Origin: a virus
Lineage: Duplodnaviria > Heunggongvirae > Uroviricota > Caudoviricetes > Crassvirales
DNA: 64,000 nucleotides
Reading direction: 5' to 3' (one strand)
IMG/VR virus record: IMGVR_UViG_3300040771_000130
Location: 38,195 to 102,194 of that record
The notes beneath the pieces were generated by a model, which did no database searches, was not told the origin of the DNA, and saw nothing but the letters and a program-made list of their open reading frames with translations. Below are positions 9,649-18,857 of the stretch, piece by piece. The translations under genes and the position numbers were made by a program. The stretch's first letter is position 1. Each line of letters starts with the position of its first letter.

Positions 9649-11371
9649 CTTTTTTTTCTTTAATTTCTAAATCAGCTTTTAATGAAGTTGGAGTATAGTA
9701 GTAAGGATCTGAAAAAGTTGAATAATTTTTTAATGAACTTAATGAATCTAACAATTCTTTAGTTATAAATTTAGTATTTTTTACAACATACTGATTTTTT
9801 TTTAAACCATTATTTTCTCTTGGTTTAAGAGGTTGATAATTAATTTTTAATTTTGAAAAATCAATATCTTTTTCCCAAGATATACTATGATCTGTTCTAA
9901 TTTTACTTTCAGTACCTAAAATATTACCATTTAAAGTTTGATATTGAATATTTTCTTTTCTATTGTAAACATAATCTGTAATATAATCTTGAAATAAATC
10001 TAAATCTTGAATTTTATTTTTATAAGTATAAACTTGATTACGTAAAATATCGACTAAAGATAAGTTATTTAAATATCCAGGATTTTGTAAAATATTATCT
10101 TGATTTTTTACTACAAAATTTACAACTAACGCGTTCATCAAAACAAACGGAATTATTTTGTTAGATTCATACGTAGGTGTGTGTATTCTAAATTCAATAG
10201 TTTGTTTATTACCAAACAATAAAGGTATCATATTATATAACAAATATCTTGGTTTTATTAACCATTTTTGATTACAATTTGGATCTGCAGGGTGTGACAC
10301 AACATTATCAAGGTTGTTACCTATTGCTTCAAAACGGTGACCCATTGATAAGTACTCGTAAATAACACCAAAATTGTAATCAATATTAGAACTATCGATA
10401 ACTCTGTCTAATTTTGAGAGTATTTCAAAAGTAGGTAATGGTGCCGAATAGTTTTTATTTTTAATGTTGTAGTTATACTTTTTATATAATGGAAACATTG
10501 CAAACACTTCATCTTGAATCATCATTCCTACCTTAAAAAAAGCAAGCATAAATTCCTTTGTTCTAGGTAAGTTACCTAAGTGTAAATGCATCGAACAAGT
10601 TTTATCATCATATTCTGTACGTTTTTTTAAAACATTAGTAATATCACATATTGCTTGCAAACCTTTTTCACCACCCATTGGTACAGTAACATATTCAATA
10701 CCTGATATAGAACCATCTCGTAATGGAATTAAACCATATTGACTTAGAGTTTTTTTAGAAACAAAACCTTTGGTTGTCTCAAATTCTAAACCAAATGTTA
10801 AATCTTCTAAAATAGGAGCATAACTTTTAATTGATGAAGAGATTATTGGATTGTAATTTAAGTTATAACTTTCCAAATAGCTATCTAGAATTCCTTTTGA
10901 GTCATATGGAAGACTAGTTTTATAACCTTGACTTGGTACAATTATTTTTGAAAATTCTAAAGCTGGTAATTTTGAAATATGGTAATAATTACCATTTGAA
11001 AATCTTTCACGATATACTTTACTATTGTTAAAAATATTATTATCAAATATTAAATATTTTTTTCCATATTTATTTATAACTACAGAATGTATTTCTGAAT
11101 TATTAAAATATCCAAAAATTAATTCATCATCAACAACTTCTACAACTCCTTCAACAATATTAAAATCAAGATGTACATATTTATTTACGCTATGGTTAAA
11201 CACTATTAATTTTGTTTCTTCTCTGTAGTATTTGTCACCAATTAAATAACAATCTCCAGAATTTTTAATTTCTGGATTACCAATCTTATAATATTCTTTA
11301 TTGAATTTTTTACATTGAGAAATAGGTAATTCTTCTCCTTTTATTGTAATTACTTTTTTTTGAGCACTCAT
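9635..11371 (-). CDS. amidoligase_2-domain (glutamine-synthetase-like COOH-NH2 ligase) protein with N-terminal extension
   Basis: Central region has the three hallmark blocks of the 'putative amidoligase enzyme' family: 'LTFGLEFETT' (GvElE), 'LRDGSISGIEYVTVPM' (DGS..G.E.vSpp) and 'CSMHLHLGN' (HvHvG). The ~190-aa N-terminal domain is unassigned. Confidence 0.55.
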   Translation of the reverse strand: MSAQKKVITIKGEELPISQCKKFNKEYYKIGNPEIKNSGDCYLIGDKYYREETKLIVFNHSVNKYVHLDFNIVEGVVEVVDDELIFGYFNNSEIHSVVINKYGKKYLIFDNNIFNNSKVYRERFSNGNYYHISKLPALEFSKIIVPSQGYKTSLPYDSKGILDSYLESYNLNYNPIISSSIKSYAPILEDLTFGLEFETTKGFVSKKTLSQYGLIPLRDGSISGIEYVTVPMGGEKGLQAICDITNVLKKRTEYDDKTCSMHLHLGNLPRTKEFMLAFFKVGMMIQDEVFAMFPLYKKYNYNIKNKNYSAPLPTFEILSKLDRVIDSSNIDYNFGVIYEYLSMGHRFEAIGNNLDNVVSHPADPNCNQKWLIKPRYLLYNMIPLLFGNKQTIEFRIHTPTYESNKIIPFVLMNALVVNFVVKNQDNILQNPGYLNNLSLVDILRNQVYTYKNKIQDLDLFQDYITDYVYNRKENIQYQTLNGNILGTESKIRTDHSISWEKDIDFSKLKINYQPLKPRENNGLKKNQYVVKNTKFITKELLDSLSSLKNYSTFSDPYYYTPTSLKADLEIKEKKDECI

Positions 11372-11374
11372 ATT

Positions 11375-13285
11375 TTATTTTTTAACAGGTTTTTCAATAA
11401 AATCTTTTAATGTGTGATTTATCAAACTTAGTGTATTTAAAGCACTTTTTATATCTTCATTACTTGCCCAATCAGCAAATTCCAAAATAGTTCCATCTAT
11501 ATCTTCAGCATGTTTTTCAAAAGATTCAGCAATTAATTCTTTTACAAATATTTCGTCAGCTTCTAAATCTGTAATTTTACTTTCTAATTTTTCAGAATCT
11601 ACTATATCTTTTTCAATTTTTGAAATAGCTTCAACTGAACTATCAAACAAAACTTTATTAAATTTAGAATTAATTTTAGCTTCTGGTAAAATAATGACAG
11701 ATGTTTCTGATTTTACAGGTTGTAAATCTTCTCTTTTAGACCATTTAACTAATATTCCGTTATTAAAAGAATATGTTTTTTCAAAACCAAGTTCTGTAAA
11801 TGTACCAGTATATCTTTTACCATCTAACATTGCAATACTAGGTGTGTTTTCAGTTGCTAGGTTTATTACAGGATGTTTAGACATATGTGATAATGCTTCA
11901 AAATCAACATATTTAATACCATATTTTAAGTTGTTTTTAAGATTTAAAGCCATTGAATAATCTGCAAAATTTTTTAATAAAACCCCATCTACAAAATAAT
12001 AAAATGGAACTGTTGATAGATCTTCATCAAATATAATGTCACCAACTTGTGCAGATAAATTATAAATAAAATAACCTGTATCGTAGTTAAAAGTTAAACC
12101 TTTAAAACCATTAAACATACTTTGAGCTCCAGCTGTTGCTAACGATACAAATTTAAAACCATAGTTTTTAATATATACAAATACTCCTGAAATTAAAGCA
12201 CCTCTACTCCAGTATCTTAAACTTTTATTGTAAACTTTATCTTTATAAAATGAAATTGGGTTAACAGTTAAATCATTGTGTAAATTAGTTAATACAGAAA
12301 CTGTTGGGGAAGTGTTAACTGAAGGTTTTGTATCATATATATCATAATAATCATCAGAAAAAGTTTTTTTATAATTTTGACTATATACAATTGCTTCGTT
12401 TTGACCTGCGTTCCTCCGACTTATCTTATGTTTTTCAGCATTTGCAAAATCACCATCAGTAATAATATATACTGTGTTATAGTCAATTTGTGTTTTATCT
12501 TTAGCTGTAGCACCTAAAACCATTAATCCATTTTTTAGTGATGAAAAAAACATGCTGTTTTCATTTTTACAATAAACATTCATAGGTCTCTCTTCTGTTT
12601 CAATAGAAACTGTTGTACCTTGAGTATGTTTAGATGCTCCAGACCATAAATATAATTTGTTTGGTTCATCAATCCATGTCCAAGCTAGAGCTGCTGCTCC
12701 AACATATTCACTTAAAACTTTAAAATTTTTAGTCTTGTAAAGTATTTCACCTAATATTTCACTATCAATTTTAGTTCTTGTTATTTCATATGGATGACCA
12801 CTAGGATAGTGTTCAGTATATGTAACTTTAGTTTCAATACCATATTTTTTAGCTAAATCTTCATGATTTCTTAAAGTACCATTATGACAAAATATCATAC
12901 CGTAACTATCATTAGCTTTATTAGCACCAAATCCAAATGGATGAGCATTATGTTCATTTATTGCCATACCTTGACTAGGTTGTCTTGTATGACCAATCAT
13001 AATAGGTGTCTGTATAGGTTTAATTTCTCTATCAACAATAAAATCTGTATATAGTTTGTCAAAACCGATACCATATTGTACATCACCATCCCAAGATAAA
13101 CCACAAGACATTTTACCACGTTCAATATTATAAATTCCTAAAATATGAACACCATTAACATCTAAGTTTTCAGGTGTATTTGTGGCTTGACCAAAAATAC
13201 CACAGTTTAAAGAATTAGATTTGTAACCAAATATAAAATTACTAATGTATTGTAATAATGTTAATATTAAAATTATTTTTACCAT
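11375..13285 (-). CDS. class-II (Ntn-type) glutamine amidotransferase domain protein
   Basis: A hydrophobic leader is followed by 'NCGIFG', the N-terminal nucleophile Cys signature (CGI[FV]G) of GAT-II/Ntn amidotransferases (PurF/AsnB/GlmS type). Remainder (~600 aa) unassigned. Confidence 0.55.
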   Translation of the reverse strand: MVKIILILTLLQYISNFIFGYKSNSLNCGIFGQATNTPENLDVNGVHILGIYNIERGKMSCGLSWDGDVQYGIGFDKLYTDFIVDREIKPIQTPIMIGHTRQPSQGMAINEHNAHPFGFGANKANDSYGMIFCHNGTLRNHEDLAKKYGIETKVTYTEHYPSGHPYEITRTKIDSEILGEILYKTKNFKVLSEYVGAAALAWTWIDEPNKLYLWSGASKHTQGTTVSIETEERPMNVYCKNENSMFFSSLKNGLMVLGATAKDKTQIDYNTVYIITDGDFANAEKHKISRRNAGQNEAIVYSQNYKKTFSDDYYDIYDTKPSVNTSPTVSVLTNLHNDLTVNPISFYKDKVYNKSLRYWSRGALISGVFVYIKNYGFKFVSLATAGAQSMFNGFKGLTFNYDTGYFIYNLSAQVGDIIFDEDLSTVPFYYFVDGVLLKNFADYSMALNLKNNLKYGIKYVDFEALSHMSKHPVINLATENTPSIAMLDGKRYTGTFTELGFEKTYSFNNGILVKWSKREDLQPVKSETSVIILPEAKINSKFNKVLFDSSVEAISKIEKDIVDSEKLESKITDLEADEIFVKELIAESFEKHAEDIDGTILEFADWASNEDIKSALNTLSLINHTLKDFIEKPVKK

Positions 13286-13292
13286 TTTTTTA

Positions 13293-14105
13293 TTATTTAT
13301 TTAAAATTTTTACTTGTGAATTAGTTATTACTTTAATTTTGTTAAGTAATTCTTGAGCCAATTGTTTATTGTTAGTATTAATTGCTTCTACAATATAATC
13401 ACCTAATTCTTTAACTTCATCAATTTTGTTTGTATTTAACAAATCAATTGCTTTTAATGTAGTATTCCAAGCCCATTTTAATGATTCATCAGATCTAATC
13501 CAAAAGTTTGAAAGACTACGATATTCAATACCATAATCTCTAAATCTAAAACAACCTGCTTTACCATAAAGTTTTTTACGTTCTGTATCAGGATCTAACA
13601 ATATAGATTCTAGTCCTATAGTCGCATCCATAGCTTTAACCATGTCAATTTGTTGTTCTTGTGTAGGATTATCCCAACCAATACTAATATGACCCCCACA
13701 CACTCTTAAATTAGTAGTGCTCAAATCTGCAGGTGTGTTCATACCTTCTTTCCATACATCAAAATCTGGTTCACAACCTGCAAGCCGCGCAATATCATTG
13801 TCTAACTCAGATTCATCTAATGTAGCAGAAGCATTTATTGCTAATGTACAACCCATTCCAGAAACTAGTACTTCTAAATAATCTTTTACAAAATTATTAT
13901 GAAATACCCAATCACTTACATTCAAACAGGGTGGAATATTGTATTCAATAGCAACATTGTCTTCTTGAATAAAGTGACCATCATCTGAAATCGGTTGGGG
14001 TTCCGATTTAGAACCCCCTATTTTACCAATTGCTGAAATAATTTTACCGTCTTTTTGTAGAAATAATTCTGGATCTGTACCTAAGCTAATATTTTGAATT
14101 TTCAT
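13293..14105 (-). CDS. second amidoligase-like (GCS2/glutamine-synthetase-like) protein
   Basis: N-terminal 'SLGTDPELFL' (GvE.E-like) and a later 'CGGHISIGW' (H.H.G-like) block in the same order as carboxylate-amine ligases. Weaker match than 9635..11371. Confidence 0.35.
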   Translation of the reverse strand: MKIQNISLGTDPELFLQKDGKIISAIGKIGGSKSEPQPISDDGHFIQEDNVAIEYNIPPCLNVSDWVFHNNFVKDYLEVLVSGMGCTLAINASATLDESELDNDIARLAGCEPDFDVWKEGMNTPADLSTTNLRVCGGHISIGWDNPTQEQQIDMVKAMDATIGLESILLDPDTERKKLYGKAGCFRFRDYGIEYRSLSNFWIRSDESLKWAWNTTLKAIDLLNTNKIDEVKELGDYIVEAINTNNKQLAQELLNKIKVITNSQVKILNK

Positions 14106-14111
14106 ATATTT

Positions 14112-14960
14112 TTATTTATTTTTTAAATATCTACTAATTAAATTTAAACACATCATAGACGTATTTTTTTCACAATAACTCCATTCAGGATGTCCTTGAA
14201 TACATAAAGCCTTTGTATTTTTATAATACACTATTTCAGGTTCAAGAAAATCAATTGGTAAATCAACTTCTTCATTATCACCGTTTAAATATGTAGTACT
14301 TTGAAAAAATTCTGAATGAGCAATTAATTCATAGTCATTTTTAGGTAAATTAAATGGAAATAACATTTGATGATGTGAGGAAGTCATTACATATTTACTG
14401 CCTGTACTGTTTATAATAATACTATGATCTCTACCATGACCTTCAACGTGTTGAATTAGTTTACCACCACTTAATGCTGTAAGCATTTGGGAACCTCGAC
14501 ATATTCCTAAGAATAACACTTTACCATAAAAATAGTCATATACTTCACTTTCAATAGTGTCTCTATAACCATTTATACTAGTATATTTACCAACTTTTTC
14601 ATTATAAAATTCGGGACTAATATCTTCACCACCTGTAAATAAAACTAAATCTATTTTTACCTCAGTTGGTAATTCTCTAAAATTGTGAACTGTAACTTCA
14701 AATTTATTTTCTAAAAATTTAACATATTCTAAAGATGAACTTCTATCAGCAATTATTATATTTAATTTTTCTTTAATAATTACAAATGATTCATCTAAAT
14801 ATTGAAACACTGTATTTATTTTATCTTCCATCAAGTCACCTTCAATTTCATCATACATTTTAGCGGTTATACAGCCATTTAAAAGTGATTTTACTATTGA
14901 TCTATTACTGTCTTTAGTTATACTGTAATTGTTTAGTATTTCTATTAATTTTGGATTCAT
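14112..14960 (-). CDS. peptidase C26 / class-I glutamine amidotransferase-like gamma-glutamyl hydrolase
   Basis: Catalytic nucleophile elbow 'LGICRGSQMLTALSGGKLIQH' matches the G-x-C-x-G-x-Q motif of the C26/PuuD family; downstream His also present. Confidence 0.6.
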   Translation of the reverse strand: MNPKLIEILNNYSITKDSNRSIVKSLLNGCITAKMYDEIEGDLMEDKINTVFQYLDESFVIIKEKLNIIIADRSSSLEYVKFLENKFEVTVHNFRELPTEVKIDLVLFTGGEDISPEFYNEKVGKYTSINGYRDTIESEVYDYFYGKVLFLGICRGSQMLTALSGGKLIQHVEGHGRDHSIIINSTGSKYVMTSSHHQMLFPFNLPKNDYELIAHSEFFQSTTYLNGDNEEVDLPIDFLEPEIVYYKNTKALCIQGHPEWSYCEKNTSMMCLNLISRYLKNK

Positions 14961-15823
14961 TTGTTATTGTTTTTATCAATTAATAATTGTGGTAAAATTT
15001 CTGCATATTTTTTACCTGTAATTTCACCAAAACTTGGTGCAGAACAGCTTTCAAAAATAATCCATTCAGGATTTTCTCTTTCAACACCGTCTTTAGCTCC
15101 CTGAACACCTACGTCAAATGCGCAAATGTCTAAACCTAAGGCATCTTTAGCTTTAATACAGTCTGCAACAATGTCATCCCAATTTCTAGGTTTTTTAAAA
15201 GACGGGTTTTCTTCTAATATCCAATTACAAACATCATCGTGACGTTGCCAAGTATTTTCTGGAGCATCATTTCTAACTAATTTTCTACAAGAATAAAAAC
15301 AACCAAATTTAGTTACGTGTAATCTATATTCTCTAGTCATTTTTACAAACTGTTCAAATATATAACTATTAAGATTTTTATTTGGTAACCAAGCTTCCAA
15401 TTCTTCTTTATTATTAAATTTAGTATTACCAGTACCTCTTGAACCAAAATGAGATTTAGCTACAATGGGATATAAAAATTTAGATAGAGGATCATTACTA
15501 GGCTCTTCATTATTAAATTTACAACTTAATAAAATACCTTTAAATTCTACATCTTCTCCATAATATAAAGTCCACCAATCAGCAGTTTTAACACTAGCTT
15601 GAGTAAACCTCTCTTTCATTAGCAATTTAGAAGCAGAATTTTTAACAGCTTGTATTGTATTAATTTCAACTCTATCATCCGATTCTGTTGACGATCCAAG
15701 TCTTATAACAGATCTAAACGGTAATAAAGGTAATGTTTTATTATTAGCTCTCAACACTGAGTGCGAAGGATGACGTGATAAAATCAGGGGTCTAAATAAC
15801 TTATATTTTTTTAATTTATTCAT
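14957..15823 (-). CDS. ATP-grasp ligase (RimK-like)
   Basis: ATP-grasp landmarks in order: flexible loop 'IVAKSHFGSRGTGN', 'EYRLHV', 'GLDICAFDV' and 'ESCSAPSFGEI' (E.N..P-like Mg/ATP site). Confidence 0.5.
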   Translation of the reverse strand: MNKLKKYKLFRPLILSRHPSHSVLRANNKTLPLLPFRSVIRLGSSTESDDRVEINTIQAVKNSASKLLMKERFTQASVKTADWWTLYYGEDVEFKGILLSCKFNNEEPSNDPLSKFLYPIVAKSHFGSRGTGNTKFNNKEELEAWLPNKNLNSYIFEQFVKMTREYRLHVTKFGCFYSCRKLVRNDAPENTWQRHDDVCNWILEENPSFKKPRNWDDIVADCIKAKDALGLDICAFDVGVQGAKDGVERENPEWIIFESCSAPSFGEITGKKYAEILPQLLIDKNNNK

Positions 15824-16511
15824 TGTTTAAATTTAATAAATGGTTAATTAAAAATATTGAAGCGGGATCTCTACTGTCTTCAACGTGATGTTGTGTCATG
15901 TGACATGGATAAAATGGAAATGTAGTAGCCATTTCAATTTCAAAATCTTTATCGTGTTTTGCAAGAATTGTAACCATGTGAGGTTTAGTTTCTTCATTTA
16001 TAGTTTGATGATGCCTACTGTTAATTTTGTATTCACCTGGTTTATGTTGTGTAATTTCAGAAAATCCTGGAACAATTTCTTGGTTTTCAAATGTAATACC
16101 ATGCATTAGTTTACCACCATCATGTGAAGGATTTGTTTCATGCGACATATGTTGATTAAGTTTACCACCTAATGTAACATACATTGATTGCATACCACGG
16201 CAAGTACAAAAGATTGGAATATTTGCAGCCATATATTTAGGTAACAAAATTCTGTCAAATCTTTCTTTTTGCATACAAGGTGTACCTGTAAATATATGAG
16301 TATCTTCTTCAGGTGTTAAATATCTATAAGGATCTACATCTTGACCACCTGGCATTACTAACAAATCTACATCTCTTACGTGATTTTCAAATGGTGAAAT
16401 TAAAGATACTTCTCCAAATTGTTGCCAAAAGAATAAATATGATTTAGAAATTCCAAAACTATTTTCACCCGTGAAATGTCCAACTATTGCTATTTTTTTT
16501 ATATTATTCAT
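15816..16511 (-). CDS. peptidase C26 / GATase1-like gamma-glutamyl hydrolase (paralog)
   Basis: 'FCTCRGMQSMYVTLGGKLNQHM' shares the same Cys-elbow motif as 14112..14960; several conserved His. Confidence 0.55.
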   Translation of the reverse strand: MNNIKKIAIVGHFTGENSFGISKSYLFFWQQFGEVSLISPFENHVRDVDLLVMPGGQDVDPYRYLTPEEDTHIFTGTPCMQKERFDRILLPKYMAANIPIFCTCRGMQSMYVTLGGKLNQHMSHETNPSHDGGKLMHGITFENQEIVPGFSEITQHKPGEYKINSRHHQTINEETKPHMVTILAKHDKDFEIEMATTFPFYPCHMTQHHVEDSRDPASIFLINHLLNLNNE

Positions 16512-16525
16512 TATTTTTATTTATT

Positions 16526-17524
16526 TTATAAATTGTTAAAAAACCAAGCTCTAGATTTATTTGCAATTAAACTTGCTACTTTTTTCCACTCAATTTGATT
16601 TTTAATTAACACGTCAGATTCTTCTTTTAATATATCATTACAAATGTATTTTAAAAATTCACATGTTAATTTTTGATTAACTTCTACATTATTATCTTTA
16701 ATATTTTGTAAAGCTTGATTTAATCTATTTTCTGTTACTGAATATTCTACAAATTCATTTAAAGAATTTAATTCTTCTTCATTTACAGAGTTTAGAACTT
16801 TAACTTTTGAAACAGAATGTTTCTCACCTTTAGATTTAAATTTTAAATCTGGATAATCTATTGAAGTAAATACAATTCCTTCACCAATTCCAGAAATATT
16901 AAAATATTTACCTACAGGACATTCTTCTTCAACTTTAATAGTTAAATCGATTAATTTATTTTGAATTAATTCTGGATTTTCAAAATCAATTTCAACATTA
17001 TAAGTTGGAAATTGTTCAATAATATAAACATTTTGTTTATTAAATAATTCTGAATTAAAATTTAAATTTTCTAAATTAATCCATTTATCATCAATTTTAA
17101 TTCCAAAAATTACAAATATTTTAGGTAATTCTGTTAAAGCAACTCCTTTTTGAATATTACTTCCACACCATTCTCCATAAATAGCAATATATTCTTTAAA
17201 TTTAAATTTATCAAATATTTCACTAAAATCAACGTTACTCATATTTAACATAAATCCAGCATTATCTTGCTGTAAAGATAATTCTCTTTCTCTGGATTGA
17301 TAAATAATGAAGTTATTAATATATTTTACTATTCCAGCATTTGTACCATGTAATTTAACAGTTCCTTTAAATTGTAATTTTGGATAATTTGTTAAATGTT
17401 GATAAATTGGATTTCCTTGCTCATCATTTCCTTGATAATCATGATCAATTTTAACTTTTTTAATAATATTTCTATATTGTTCTATACTTGGATATTTTTT
17501 CATATTTTTAATTATTTGTAGCAC
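16526..17524 (-). CDS. RNA ligase, Rnl2-like (T4 gp24.1 family)
   Basis: Nucleotidyltransferase motif I 'KLHGTNAG' (KxHGxN as in T4 Rnl2 'KIHGTN'), motif IV 'EGIVF' and motif V 'KFKSKGEK' in correct order and spacing. Confidence 0.65.
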   Translation of the reverse strand: MLQIIKNMKKYPSIEQYRNIIKKVKIDHDYQGNDEQGNPIYQHLTNYPKLQFKGTVKLHGTNAGIVKYINNFIIYQSRERELSLQQDNAGFMLNMSNVDFSEIFDKFKFKEYIAIYGEWCGSNIQKGVALTELPKIFVIFGIKIDDKWINLENLNFNSELFNKQNVYIIEQFPTYNVEIDFENPELIQNKLIDLTIKVEEECPVGKYFNISGIGEGIVFTSIDYPDLKFKSKGEKHSVSKVKVLNSVNEEELNSLNEFVEYSVTENRLNQALQNIKDNNVEVNQKLTCEFLKYICNDILKEESDVLIKNQIEWKKVASLIANKSRAWFFNNL

Positions 17525-17918
17525 TTAAATAAAATTTTTCTGTATTCTTAAAATCTACCCAGTCACCTGATTCAACAATAGAATCTTTTAACAATTCATT
17601 TACATAAATATATGTAAAAGCTTTACCCCAAGGTGTATCAATTTCAATTCTATCATAAAATGTAGGTTTTCTATCAGCACTATAACCTTCTAAAGTATTT
17701 AAATTATTTAATACGTTTTCAGTTACTTCATAAACTTCCATTACAACAGAAGTGTTACCGTTTAATTTTAATCCTGGATACGCACTTAAACTATGTAATG
17801 TATATTCTGGTTCTGTTGAAAATATACCTTTATAATCTGAATTAGATAAATAGTAATTATGATTACCCATTGTTTTACGAAGACTGCCATATACAGCCAC
17901 TAAATATTTTTTACGCAT
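17508..17918 (-). CDS. gamma-glutamyl cyclotransferase (GGCT/AIG2-like)
   Basis: N-terminal 'YLVAVYGSLRK' is the YGSL/YGTL signature of the GGCT/AIG2 fold; size 136 aa fits. Confidence 0.6.
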   Translation of the reverse strand: MRKKYLVAVYGSLRKTMGNHNYYLSNSDYKGIFSTEPEYTLHSLSAYPGLKLNGNTSVVMEVYEVTENVLNNLNTLEGYSADRKPTFYDRIEIDTPWGKAFTYIYVNELLKDSIVESGDWVDFKNTEKFYLSATNN

Positions 17919-17919
17919 A

Positions 17920-18351
17920 TTATTTTATTAATTTTAATCCTTCTTGTAGTCCTTCTTCTAAAACTTTTTCGTAAGACTCATCTGTAAGGTTTCCTTTTGT
18001 GTTTATGTATCTTGAAAACTTATCCCTTGATAGAGACCAACCTTTGGTAGGAGGATACAGTACTGTATAGGAGTATTTTGCATTTACCTCGGTATGTGTA
18101 GTTACAAAAACTTTAATGTTATGAATTTCTCTTAACCATTTTTGAAGCAGGGTTTGAGTTGGTCGTGAATAAAATTTAACAGTTGAATTTTTTCCAAAGT
18201 TGTTAAAATCAAATTCACTTAATGATTTGCTATATTGTTTTATTTCTGTTTTACAAGAAATTGTAGTAGCTATTGAGCAAGATACTTCGCAGTCAAACTC
18301 TTTTTCTTTAGCTAATTTAGCTGTTTCAAATGTTATTAATTGTTCTTTCAT
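17920..18351 (-). CDS. hypothetical protein
   Basis: 143-aa ORF between the two GGCT-like genes; Cys-containing N-terminus; no motif. Confidence 0.5.
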   Translation of the reverse strand: MKEQLITFETAKLAKEKEFDCEVSCSIATTISCKTEIKQYSKSLSEFDFNNFGKNSTVKFYSRPTQTLLQKWLREIHNIKVFVTTHTEVNAKYSYTVLYPPTKGWSLSRDKFSRYINTKGNLTDESYEKVLEEGLQEGLKLIK

Positions 18352-18353
18352 TT

Positions 18354-18845
18354 TTAAACTTTTAAACTGTTAATATGCTCAATCCAATCACCATCAATTA
18401 TTAATTCTTTTGAATCTTGTTCAGTAATTGATATATAAAGTGTAATATTACCAAATGGTGAAACTAAAGTTTTTTTTGTATATTCTTGAGGATAATCTTC
18501 AAATTCTGCATAATAACAGTATTCTTTTTCAATTTTAATTAAAGAAGATTCATTAACTTCCCACACTTCAATTTTAATGGAAGAATTACCATTTTCTTGA
18601 ATAACACAATTGTTATCATTTTCTACATAATACATGTTATAAATAGGTTCTGTTGAAAATGTACCTATTAATTTACATGTAGGTTCTGGTAACAAACTAT
18701 TTAATATGCCATCTTTTCTAAAATGATCGTAAATACCTACTAAATGTTTTTTTTCCATTTTTGATTGTTTTGTTAATTCTCTGCGTTCTTTTTTTAACTC
18801 CGCTTTTGTTTTATAACCTGGAGATCTTTTATTAGTTTTTCTCAT
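18354..18845 (-). CDS. GGCT/AIG2-like paralog (catalytic motif degenerate) with basic N-terminal tail
   Basis: Aligns with 17508..17918: 'HLVGIYDHFRKDG' versus 'YLVAVYGSLRKTM', and C-terminal 'DGDWIEH' versus 'SGDWVDF'. YGSL is replaced by YDHF. Confidence 0.45.
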   Translation of the reverse strand: MRKTNKRSPGYKTKAELKKERRELTKQSKMEKKHLVGIYDHFRKDGILNSLLPEPTCKLIGTFSTEPIYNMYYVENDNNCVIQENGNSSIKIEVWEVNESSLIKIEKEYCYYAEFEDYPQEYTKKTLVSPFGNITLYISITEQDSKELIIDGDWIEHINSLKV

Positions 18846-18857
18846 TTATAATTATTT

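Noticed and set aside
11025-11960. Plus-strand ORFs 11025..11228 and 11694..11960
   Set aside because: Antisense within long, motif-bearing minus-strand genes (amidoligase, GAT-II).
15885-16109. Plus-strand 74-aa ORF
   Set aside because: Antisense inside the C26 hydrolase gene.
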